NCBI GenBank assembly: GCA_903944345.1
Contig: CAJARJ010000002.1
Location: forward strand, 1,969 to 65,968
Direction of reading: 5' to 3'
DNA length: 64,000 nucleotides
Origin: Candidatus Omnitrophota bacterium
Lineage (GTDB): Bacteria; Omnitrophota; Gorgyraeia; Zapsychrales; Fredricksoniimonadaceae
Both the position numbers and the translations under genes were made by a program. Under the pieces are notes generated by a model, which was given only the letters and a program-made list of their open reading frames with translations, was not told the DNA's origin and did no database searches. This document shows, in pieces, positions 25,152-33,774 of this stretch (position 1 is the stretch's first letter; every line of letters starts with the position of its first letter).

Positions 25152-27620
25152 TTACCACCCTCCTCCGCCACCACCTCCGCCACCGCCGCCGCTGGAACCG
25201 CCACCACCAGTGCCAGAGCTGGAAGAAGGCGCGGATGAAGCTGAGCTGATCGAACTGCTCAACGAACTGCCCAGACCTGAAGCAAAAGCAACACCGCCTG
25301 CCGTTGTTAACAATGAACCGGAGTACCAGTGCGGGCGATAAGCACCCTCCCCCGCAGAGGCTCGCGCCAAAACCTCGGAAAAACCTTCCGCCCAGACCTG
25401 CTCGACGCCAAGGGCAAGCGCATACGGTAAATACTGCTCGAACAACTCAACACTTTCTTGTGGACGCCCCAACATCCGCAACCGATCCTTTTCGGCCACC
25501 GAAAGATACATCCGAAAACCTTCCACCTGGTCCATAATCCTGCGCCCCTGAAAAGTCGGCGCTCTGAGCAAATAATAAAAAAGCACATCCAGCCCGACTG
25601 CCATCAAAAGAACCAGCAGTACAATTGGCGAGGAGAACGCCACAAGTGTCAAGATTCCAAAAATTTCCCCCCCAAAAAACGGCAAAGAAAAAACCGAAAG
25701 CAACAAAGCTCCCGGCAGATGAACAGGATTACGCGCAACAGACTTCCATGCCTGGAACAACGCCGCTCCAAGCGCTGCAACACCCAAAGTCCAGATCGAA
25801 AGCCACAAACACATAAACAACACGACCGGTGGGCTTTTGGCATCAGTCAATACAGTTACGGCAATAACCGCAAAACAGAGACCCAGCCCAACACCAAAAA
25901 CACCCCGGTTGGTCACAAAATAATTCTTCTCCTGGGAGCGCGCGAGGGCACCCTGCAGACGGGAAATTCCTGAAGCAATAACGGCATGATTCCTCTGCAG
26001 AAGCTCAAGCCTGCCACGTCCTCTGAAAAACTCCGCAGCCAGAACTTTTTCCTCGGAAGAAAGGACATCCTCTGCCTTTCCGGTTCTGGCAAGAACAGAC
26101 GTCCCGTCAGCTTCCTCGCTGATCGTCAGATACCCCTTGACCGCCATACTGATCAAGGCACAGGCCGCGACCTGATTATCATATCCCATATTCATCAAAT
26201 ATCGCAAACCCGCCGGAGACAGGTCTTTGGGAGGATAGAACAGCGGAATAATAACCCCTTTTTCCGGATCTCGCCCGACACGATTCCAGGAAACAAGATA
26301 AAACAGAAGAAGGATAACAAGACCCATTCCGCCTGCCAGAAAACCCCGCCAGTCCCGCAAAAAATACATCAAACGCTGTTGCGGCGTAGGCCCCAGCACA
26401 ATTCCTTTGGGCCAACTGACCGCAATCGTCAAACCTTCATGCGCGAGCAGCGCACGGGTTGTCCTGAAAGTAATTCTGTTCTGCGCATCCATGCCTGTTT
26501 CGGCATCTTTGCCCCTCGCGCCTTCCAACCCCGTATAAACCGCCGTCTTCAAAACACGCTGCTGCGCCCTGGAAGGAAGCACAACCACCGCGGAAACCTG
26601 ATTCATGGCAAAATCCCAGCCATTACCGGTCACATTCCAGTACAATTCGTCATAATCTTCATAAAAACCGGTCTGGCGGTCCGTCCCGTAGGTAATAACA
26701 TATTCATGCTCCCCGACAGAGACGATCTCTTCTTTGGATCCCAGATAAGTCCTGAGGCCATTGGCCTGTTTTTTTTGATGATATTCTTCAGGCTGACCGT
26801 CGCGCATGACCTTGAGCACTTTAAAATCCACCAGCATCCGGCGCCCAGAAGCTGTTTTATACGACGTCGGGAAATCCCGGTAAATACCATGCCTGATCTG
26901 CTTGCCTTCGGCCAGCACGCGAATAGTCTCGGTCACCAGCATAGAACCATCAACACGAACAACAATATCGCTGTGAAATGCCAAGATACGTTCCTCGGCC
27001 AGCGAAGATCCAATCCCTAAAAACACAAACAGAGCGGCAATCCCACAAGCTGCCACACCCCCTCCCAAGCCCTGATTACCTGAAAGCCGAATCTCGGGAG
27101 CCGCACGCTCAAGGGCGCTCTCAATCTCAAAAAACTTTTCTGGCCTGAACCCGGCCACGGCAGCGACAAGATTCCCCGGAAAAGAACAAACTGCTGTATT
27201 AAATTCACGAACACTCCCGTTGTAATAACGCCGGGCCATCTGCAGCTCATCCTCGATTTTGATCAGCGATTCCTGTAAAGAAAGATAATGACTGTCAGCC
27301 TTCAGATCCGGGTAAGCTTCCGCCAGGGCAAGCAGTCCACGCAATCCCAGAGACAGACTGCTTTCCGCGACCACACGCCCCAGTGGCCCGGTTGTTGTTG
27401 CCTGTGCACGCAGTGCCGTCACGTCTTCAAGAAGATCGCGTTCATAAGCGGCATAATGTTTGACCACATTGACCAGATTGGGAACAAGATCATGCCGTCG
27501 TTTGAGCTGAACATCAATACCGCTGAGGGCTTCCTGCAGGCTACTGCGCAGTTTCACAAAACGGTTAAACAACATGACGGCATAACTGGCAACCAACGCA
27601 ATCACAAGAATAATGGCCAT
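25152..27620 (-). CDS. LemA-DUF2207 fusion membrane protein
   Basis: N-terminal LemA motifs (IDVQLKRRHDLVPNLV, EAYPDLKA, ARRYYN, FPGN); C-terminal DUF2207 motifs (ELYWNVTGNGW, YLPYALALGV, GGGGGGGW). Confidence 0.85.
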   Translation of the reverse strand: MAIILVIALVASYAVMLFNRFVKLRSSLQEALSGIDVQLKRRHDLVPNLVNVVKHYAAYERDLLEDVTALRAQATTTGPLGRVVAESSLSLGLRGLLALAEAYPDLKADSHYLSLQESLIKIEDELQMARRYYNGSVREFNTAVCSFPGNLVAAVAGFRPEKFFEIESALERAAPEIRLSGNQGLGGGVAACGIAALFVFLGIGSSLAEERILAFHSDIVVRVDGSMLVTETIRVLAEGKQIRHGIYRDFPTSYKTASGRRMLVDFKVLKVMRDGQPEEYHQKKQANGLRTYLGSKEEIVSVGEHEYVITYGTDRQTGFYEDYDELYWNVTGNGWDFAMNQVSAVVVLPSRAQQRVLKTAVYTGLEGARGKDAETGMDAQNRITFRTTRALLAHEGLTIAVSWPKGIVLGPTPQQRLMYFLRDWRGFLAGGMGLVILLLFYLVSWNRVGRDPEKGVIIPLFYPPKDLSPAGLRYLMNMGYDNQVAACALISMAVKGYLTISEEADGTSVLARTGKAEDVLSSEEKVLAAEFFRGRGRLELLQRNHAVIASGISRLQGALARSQEKNYFVTNRGVFGVGLGLCFAVIAVTVLTDAKSPPVVLFMCLWLSIWTLGVAALGAALFQAWKSVARNPVHLPGALLLSVFSLPFFGGEIFGILTLVAFSSPIVLLVLLMAVGLDVLFYYLLRAPTFQGRRIMDQVEGFRMYLSVAEKDRLRMLGRPQESVELFEQYLPYALALGVEQVWAEGFSEVLARASAGEGAYRPHWYSGSLLTTAGGVAFASGLGSSLSSSISSASSAPSSSSGTGGGGSSGGGGGGGGGGGW

Positions 27621-27685
27621 AAATATATTGAACCCTCCGGATAAAGATTTGTCCAACTTACAAAGCTCAGGCCTGTCAATATGAT

Positions 27686-27721
27686 AAAAAACCGGTGGGC
27701 GGTTTTAATCGCGCCACCGGT
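27686..27721 (-). terminator. Intrinsic terminator after the small Cys-rich gene
   Basis: ACCGGTGG...CCACCGGT stem followed by a T run on the minus strand. Confidence 0.75.
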
Positions 27722-27744
27722 CTTTGCCATTCAATCAACTCATG

Positions 27745-27951
27745 CTATTGTTCTTTCTTCCCGGCACAGTCGCAAGCCTTCTGCTGACAGGAACACTTTG
27801 CGTCCTTCATGCAATCGCATTTGCTCTCCTGGCTGCACCCGCACGCACAAGGCATTCCGTTCTTAAGACAACAGGATTTGTCCTTGGCAAAGGCCACTCC
27901 CGAGGCAAGAACAAGCATCGCACACAGCACCGCCACAACTGATCTTTTCAT
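27745..27951 (-). CDS. Small exported Cys-rich (metallothionein-like) protein
   Basis: AAGGAG SD; signal peptide ending AFA; 46-aa mature part with 11 Cys (CC, CACGC, CDC, CSC, CDC) and many Lys. Confidence 0.8.
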   Translation of the reverse strand: MKRSVVAVLCAMLVLASGVAFAKDKSCCLKNGMPCACGCSQESKCDCMKDAKCSCQQKACDCAGKKEQ

Positions 27952-27992
27952 AACGAACTCCTTAATGTTATTAAATTATTCCGGAGTATTTT

Positions 27993-28283
27993 TTATGCGA
28001 TCTGCGGCGGCGGGCGAAAGATATCCTTCAAGGCCTCCCGGAAATAAAACGAATCGGCGACAATAAAACATTCTTTTGATAAAACAAGCCCCAACGCCGG
28101 ATTTTCTCCGGGAATATCGGCCAGAATTGGCGGGCAGGGCATCAGGGCCGCCTGACAGCCGCAATCAGAACCATCATGACAGCAACTGCAGGCGCAAGGA
28201 AGATTCTTCCTGTCGCCTTCAAAGCCAGAAACAGGACGTGGAAGAACTATCAATAAAACAAGCAAGAAAACCAGCCAACGCAT
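27993..28283 (-). CDS. Small Cys-rich protein with C-terminal IFRPPP (DUF2946/CruR/CutF-like leader candidate)
   Basis: Hydrophobic N-terminus, CACSCCH..DCGC cluster, ends DIFRPPPQIA. Confidence 0.7.
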   Translation of the reverse strand: MRWLVFLLVLLIVLPRPVSGFEGDRKNLPCACSCCHDGSDCGCQAALMPCPPILADIPGENPALGLVLSKECFIVADSFYFREALKDIFRPPPQIA

Positions 28284-28310
28284 TTTTCCTGAACACCTTT
28301 CTTCGTAACG

Positions 28311-28339
28311 AGAATATCATCCCGCCCGACAATAGCCAA
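28311..28339 (-). promoter_or_regulatory. sigma70-like promoter for the Cys-rich gene pair
   Basis: TTGGCT, 17-bp spacer, TATTCT with extended -10 TG. Confidence 0.55.
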
Positions 28340-28379
28340 GAAAAAAGCCGGATCAGGCCCTCATCCCTGATGAAACGGA

Positions 28380-28982
28380 TCAATATTTGACCGAACAACC
28401 ATAAGACTTGCCGGATTCGACTGTGACCGGATTCCCCGCCAGCAACTGATCAAGCACGGCCGCCGCGTAGTTACGCGCCAGTTTTAAATCCTCCGTCGAA
28501 GTACTCGGTCTGTCGTCAATGGCACCCTGGTAAACGAGCTTGCCGGCGGCATCAATGATAAAGATGTGCGGCGTGGTCTGAGCTCCATACAGACGGCCAA
28601 CCGCGCCATCGGCGTCCATCAGGGCTGCTGTACCAGCAAACCCTTCACTGGCCAGACGAACGGCCAAACCCGCGGGAGAATAATGTCCCTGCTTCCCGGG
28701 AGCCGAAGAATTAACCGACAACCAGACAACTCCTTTAGCCGTATAATCGGCCTGCCATTTCTGCATGGCTTTGGCATCATAAAATTTTCTAACAAAAGGA
28801 CATTCCGGATTGGTCCACTCAAGCAAAACAATCTTGCCTTTAAAAGAACCCAGAGGATAGGCTTCACCCTTGACATCGGTAAGAGTAAAATCCGGAGCCA
28901 TGTCTCCGGTAACAACCTGCGCCCAAGACGCCCCGACACATAAAACAAGCGCAACCCAAAAAAGAAAAAACGTTCTTAACAT
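28380..28982 (-). CDS. Periplasmic thioredoxin-fold peroxiredoxin-like protein (redoxin)
   Basis: Signal peptide; APDFTL, WTNPECPFV, YQGAIDD and YGCSVKY motifs. Confidence 0.85.
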   Translation of the reverse strand: MLRTFFLFWVALVLCVGASWAQVVTGDMAPDFTLTDVKGEAYPLGSFKGKIVLLEWTNPECPFVRKFYDAKAMQKWQADYTAKGVVWLSVNSSAPGKQGHYSPAGLAVRLASEGFAGTAALMDADGAVGRLYGAQTTPHIFIIDAAGKLVYQGAIDDRPSTSTEDLKLARNYAAAVLDQLLAGNPVTVESGKSYGCSVKY

Positions 28983-29096
28983 GTTGTCCCCCTTAATTTT
29001 GTCTTTCTGCAGAAAAAATAAGTCGAATTTGTATCGAATCAAAAGCCAACAAAGTTTAGTCTTGGAAAACTTCTGATCCTTACCAAAAGAACGAAA

Positions 29097-31124
29097 CTAT
29101 TTCTGCAAAACATCCCGCAAAAAGGGCCGGGTCAGCAGTTCCGGCAAAAGCTGAGCCGAGTCACTGCCAGCGGCATAAAACACATACAAAGGAACCCCTG
29201 CCCGCCCGAAAGACTCCAGGGCCTGCGTAATGCGTTCATCACGGCTAGTCCAGTCGGCAATAAAAAGTGCCACATTCTCTTGTTTAAACAATGCCAATAT
29301 TGCCGGAGTTTTTAATACTGTCAGCTTGTTCACCTGGCAGGTCAGACACCAACTGGCAGTAAAATCGATAAAAACCGGACGACCCTCCAAACGGGCAGCC
29401 GCGACCGCCTCCGGATCATACGACTGCCAGACAATATCTTTCCCGCTCGAATCTCCCGGCAAAACAGCCAAACCGTACACCAGCGCCGCCGCAAATACCG
29501 CCAGGGCCAGCCACCGGCGGCCACGCCCAAAAAACCAGCAGGCCAAAGCCGCCGCAAGCAAAATCCCCAAAGCACTCACCAAAACCGACATGCCCGACTG
29601 CTCACCGAGGACAGATAACAGCCAGATCACGCAGCCCATAAGGACAAAACCCAACAGCTGTTTTAACGTCAGCATCCAGTTACCGGGACGGGGAACAAAA
29701 CGTAAACAAGCAGGAAAAACCGTCACCAAAGCCATCGGCAACGCCAGTCCAAGTCCAAGAAAAGTAAAAATGAGCAAACCCGCCATCGGCGGCTGAGTAA
29801 GGGCAAAGCCCAGGGCACTACCCATAAAAGGAGCCGTACAGGGCGTAGCCACGACTGTCATCAGTACGCCCGAAAGAAATGCCGAACCCTGAACCGGGAC
29901 AGAGGCTCCGACAACAAACTCGAAAACTCCGAACAAATTTAAAGCCAACACAAACAATAAAAGACTGATCAGCAGGACAAAAACCGGCGACTGGAACTGA
30001 AACCCCCACCCCAGGGAATGACCCGCGGCCTTGAGTAAAAACAACAATACCGCAAGAGCCCAGAAAGAAACCATAATGCCCAGCACATAAAAACCTGCCT
30101 GCACCAAAGCCCGGCGCTGATCGCTCTCTTTTCTGACCAACTGCAGAACCTTGAGAGAAAGAACCGGCAGAACACAAGGCATACCATTGAGAATGATCCC
30201 GCCAATAAAAGCCAAGAAACAGGCCAGCCACAAACCCGAAATGAATGCCGGAGTCGCGGATGCCACCGATGCGCTCACGGGGGCCTTGATCCTGACCGCC
30301 CTGGCTATCCCCCGGCTGTCCCAACCCCGCTCATGCACCAATATCCCTTCAATAAAATCCGGAGCTGATGTCTCCAACCCTGAACGCTCGACCAACAGTC
30401 GCGCCCGGTTTTGCGAACGGGTAAAAACCTGACCCGCTGCATGGCGAACCAGCCGATCCGAAAAAGGAAAGAACTCCACCCGGCCTTCCTGCCAGAACGG
30501 CAAACCAAGGTCAAGCCTCCATTTATCCGCTGAAACAGTTGCCCGCACATCAAGTTCAGGCAATTCAAACGGCCAGAGCAGACGCGTCTGCTCGAAAAGC
30601 GGTGCCTGCCCGGAAGGCCGGGGCGATTCCTGCGCAAGAGTCGGCGGCAAAACCAGGGACAATTCCGCTTCGCCCGGTAAACAATCCACCTGACAAGCAA
30701 GCCAGGAGACTTGAGCGCTGATCTGTACCGGAGCCGGATTCTGCGTTGCAGGGACAGTTACCGGCACAGCCAGCAATACTTCCCGCTCATAACCATAGGA
30801 CGCCAACGGTCCGGAAACAATGCGCTCTGGATACGGCCAGCGAACTTCTCCCGCCTGCCAGCCTTCGGGCAGCCGGAGCTCAATCGATGGCGCCAGCCCC
30901 GAGTCCCCGGGGTTGCGCCAATAAACATGCCAGCCATCGTCCATAACCATGCGCAGGCCCAGCCAGAGGGTTCCTCCGGCCGGCCAGGATTCATGTTCGG
31001 CCACCAGACTGACGCTCGTATGCGCAGAATAAACTTCAGCCCGAACAAAAGAAGCGGCCCCCAAAACCACTACTCCGGCCCAGAATATCCGACAGAAAAA
31101 CTGTTGAATGGAATACGCAAACAT
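29097..31124 (-). CDS. dsbD: DsbD/ScsB-family protein-disulfide reductase
   Basis: WHVYWRNPGDSG, C-x3-C (CQVDC), MPCVLPV, ATPCTAP and the C-terminal thioredoxin motif TASWCLTC. Confidence 0.9.
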   Translation of the reverse strand: MFAYSIQQFFCRIFWAGVVVLGAASFVRAEVYSAHTSVSLVAEHESWPAGGTLWLGLRMVMDDGWHVYWRNPGDSGLAPSIELRLPEGWQAGEVRWPYPERIVSGPLASYGYEREVLLAVPVTVPATQNPAPVQISAQVSWLACQVDCLPGEAELSLVLPPTLAQESPRPSGQAPLFEQTRLLWPFELPELDVRATVSADKWRLDLGLPFWQEGRVEFFPFSDRLVRHAAGQVFTRSQNRARLLVERSGLETSAPDFIEGILVHERGWDSRGIARAVRIKAPVSASVASATPAFISGLWLACFLAFIGGIILNGMPCVLPVLSLKVLQLVRKESDQRRALVQAGFYVLGIMVSFWALAVLLFLLKAAGHSLGWGFQFQSPVFVLLISLLLFVLALNLFGVFEFVVGASVPVQGSAFLSGVLMTVVATPCTAPFMGSALGFALTQPPMAGLLIFTFLGLGLALPMALVTVFPACLRFVPRPGNWMLTLKQLLGFVLMGCVIWLLSVLGEQSGMSVLVSALGILLAAALACWFFGRGRRWLALAVFAAALVYGLAVLPGDSSGKDIVWQSYDPEAVAAARLEGRPVFIDFTASWCLTCQVNKLTVLKTPAILALFKQENVALFIADWTSRDERITQALESFGRAGVPLYVFYAAGSDSAQLLPELLTRPFLRDVLQK

Positions 31125-31165
31125 TGGTCTCCCTTCGAAGCGGCGAGCACCGCCTCAACACTACT

Positions 31166-32101
31166 TCAGGATTTCTCCAGCATATCGCCGACGACCAGTT
31201 TGTGCCCCGCCAGAAAAGCACGCGCGTCCATGGGCCTGGAACCGGCCGGATGAACCCGCCGGATCAGGACAGCCTGGTCGGCAGCACGGACGCAAAAACC
31301 TTCCTTGTGAAGGGCCACAATCTCGCCGGGGCGACCGGCTGCGGCCAGCGGCACCGGGGAGGCTTCCAAAACCTTGACCATATGTCCCCGCCAGAAAATA
31401 AACGCGCCCGGCCAGGGCTGCAGGCCGCGCACCAGATCATGAACGGCTCTGGCCGTGCTGTTCCAGTTAATACGCCCCAACTCTTTGTGCAACTTGGCCG
31501 CGTAGGTCGCCTGACTATGGTCCTGCGGGACGGGAACAATTTCTCCCGCCTTGATGCGGGGCAAAGTGCGCGATAAAAGTCCGGCTCCCATTTCGGCCAG
31601 CCGTACGCGCAGTTCCGCCGAAGTCATCTCAAGCGAAACAGCACAGGTTTCTAAAGCCAGTATGTCTCCCTCGTCCATTCCGGGCGACATCTGCATGATG
31701 GTCACTCCACTTTGGGTCTCTCCGTTAATAACCGCCCAATTGACCGGAGCCGCCCCTCGATACCTAGGCAAAAGGGACGCATGCACATTGATACACCGAT
31801 AGGACGGCAGATTAAGAATATCCACCGGAAGAATCTTGCCGTAAGCCACAACCACAAAAATATCCGCCCGGAAAGCCGCCAGGCGCTCAAGGACTGCCGG
31901 CTCCTTGAGAGTCAAGGGCTGAAAAACATCCACTCCGTGAGCGCCGGCCACCTGTTTGGTCGCCGAAAAAACCATATGCAAACCTCGCCCCTTGGGGCGA
32001 TCCGGCTGGGTCACCAGCCCGACCACCTTGTGCCCGTCATCGAGCAGACGCCCGAGACTGACTGCGGCAAAATCATCACAACCAAAAAAAAGAATTCTCA
32101 T
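31166..32101 (-). CDS. fmt: Methionyl-tRNA formyltransferase
   Basis: VTQPDRPKGRG, VVAYG, NVHASLLPRYRGAAP and MDEGD motifs. Confidence 0.96.
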   Translation of the reverse strand: MRILFFGCDDFAAVSLGRLLDDGHKVVGLVTQPDRPKGRGLHMVFSATKQVAGAHGVDVFQPLTLKEPAVLERLAAFRADIFVVVAYGKILPVDILNLPSYRCINVHASLLPRYRGAAPVNWAVINGETQSGVTIMQMSPGMDEGDILALETCAVSLEMTSAELRVRLAEMGAGLLSRTLPRIKAGEIVPVPQDHSQATYAAKLHKELGRINWNSTARAVHDLVRGLQPWPGAFIFWRGHMVKVLEASPVPLAAAGRPGEIVALHKEGFCVRAADQAVLIRRVHPAGSRPMDARAFLAGHKLVVGDMLEKS

Positions 32102-33768
32102 GGATCAACATTCACGGTCACAACCGTGTCCTTTTTTCCGCGAAATGTCCGCAGAACCAGCCGAACATGCCCCATCAAAACCTTGAGCGCTCCCCCCTGG
32201 ATGACCACGCACCAGCGATATTTACCACGAAGAACCGCGCTGCGATCCGGCTGAGGCTCCATAAGCACAAGCCCCGCGGGACAATCCTTCAGTAACATAT
32301 CATACAACCTTTTGGCTTCATCGCAAGCCAGCTGTGCGTCAGCGGAACGCGCGACCAGAGCCACAATATGACGAAACGGAGGAAACCCCATCTCCCGGCG
32401 CTGTTCCAGCTCTCCGGCGTAAAAAGGCAAAGGATCGTCAGCCGCTGCCAGCTGCAGGGTCGGATCGGCGGCATTGCGGGTCTGCACAAGCACTTCGGTT
32501 CTGGTCATGGCCCGCAAATATCTTATCAGGGAAAAGGCCGCGTGCGCCGCGCGATGATCCAGGCGATGGAATTCCCGGTCAATATCCAACACACAGGAAA
32601 AGTCAAAAACCAGACTGCTGCGAAAGCGAAACAAAGACTGGGTGGCGACCACAATATCGGCCGACCCCGGCCATTGAGCCGAGGATGAATCATATCCGGC
32701 CACACGCGCGTAAATAAACGCCTCTTTGATCTCCTGCATCACCGACGCAGTCCCGCGAGCGGCCTGGATATACAAAACCGCGCGCCCTTTGGCCTGCAGA
32801 ATCTTTTCGAGGGTTATCCTCAAAGGCAAAGACAATACGCTGCCCCGACGCATTTTGAAATTTCCAAGATCCATGAGACGCGCCGGTGCCAGTGAATCCG
32901 TAAAACGGATCATCCGCCCGTTCGGTAAAGAAGCCTCATGCCAGGCTTCGGCGGAAGGGGCCAAAGACACCATAGCCACGGTACAGCCTTCCAGCCGCGA
33001 ACGCAAAAAAACCGCTTCCCGGGCATGATAAAAAGGCGACTGGTCATGTTTGTAGGACTGACTTTCCTCATCGACAATTACAATCAGTCCCAGATCCGGG
33101 ACCGGAGTCAGCGCCGCAGAAATAAAACCTGCAGCCAGTCGCCGGCGTCCCCGGCAAAGGTCATCCCAGCGTCCGGCTTCCTGCTTCTGCGTTCCCCCCG
33201 CCATAACCAGAGGATCAAGACCATACCCGCGCAGGCGACCGAGAGTATCGTCAAGGTATCCGGCGTCGGGAACGAGCACCAGAACTCTTTGTCCGGACTT
33301 CAGTGTCTGTCCGATCTTCTCCAGCAATACCGGCCAGCACTTGCGCAAACGATCATCAAAATACAACTCCACCGCCCCGCGTACGTTCCGGGATGCCTGG
33401 ATCCGCAAAGCCGGTAACGCGCCGGCAGGAGCCAGACGTTTACGCGGAAGGCGCCAGTAACCGGGAAGAAAAAGCTCCAAAGCCTCGCCCAGAGAACACC
33501 CAAAACGCAGGGCAAACACTTCCGCCAGACGCAAGGCGTGCGGCGGAAGGGACGGATCCTCATCAAGAACAGCCAAAAGAGGCTTCAACTCCGGAAAGTC
33601 GCTGCTCCCGGCCAGGGAGACAACAATCCCCACTTTTTTACGGCCGGCAAAAGAAACCAGCACCCGGACTCCGGGAGATACGCAAGACCTGTAACTGTCG
33701 GGAACAGAATAGTCAAACGGGGTCTCAACAGGGATACCGAAAGCAACTCGGGCAATACAGCTGGACAT
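32098..33768 (-). CDS. priA: Primosomal protein N' (PriA), reduced: lacks Walker A and the Zn/CRR domain
   Basis: 3'-binding domain (FDYSVP..GVRVLVSF), LVLVPD, IVDEESQSYK..SPFYHARE, VLVQT and FPPF; adjacent to fmt. Confidence 0.85.
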   Translation of the reverse strand: MSSCIARVAFGIPVETPFDYSVPDSYRSCVSPGVRVLVSFAGRKKVGIVVSLAGSSDFPELKPLLAVLDEDPSLPPHALRLAEVFALRFGCSLGEALELFLPGYWRLPRKRLAPAGALPALRIQASRNVRGAVELYFDDRLRKCWPVLLEKIGQTLKSGQRVLVLVPDAGYLDDTLGRLRGYGLDPLVMAGGTQKQEAGRWDDLCRGRRRLAAGFISAALTPVPDLGLIVIVDEESQSYKHDQSPFYHAREAVFLRSRLEGCTVAMVSLAPSAEAWHEASLPNGRMIRFTDSLAPARLMDLGNFKMRRGSVLSLPLRITLEKILQAKGRAVLYIQAARGTASVMQEIKEAFIYARVAGYDSSSAQWPGSADIVVATQSLFRFRSSLVFDFSCVLDIDREFHRLDHRAAHAAFSLIRYLRAMTRTEVLVQTRNAADPTLQLAAADDPLPFYAGELEQRREMGFPPFRHIVALVARSADAQLACDEAKRLYDMLLKDCPAGLVLMEPQPDRSAVLRGKYRWCVVIQGGALKVLMGHVRLVLRTFRGKKDTVVTVNVDP

Positions 33769-33774
33769 AGACTC

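Noticed and set aside
25152-25270. GGC/AGC-rich low-complexity tract
   Set aside because: It is the normal Gly/Ser tail of DUF2207 proteins.
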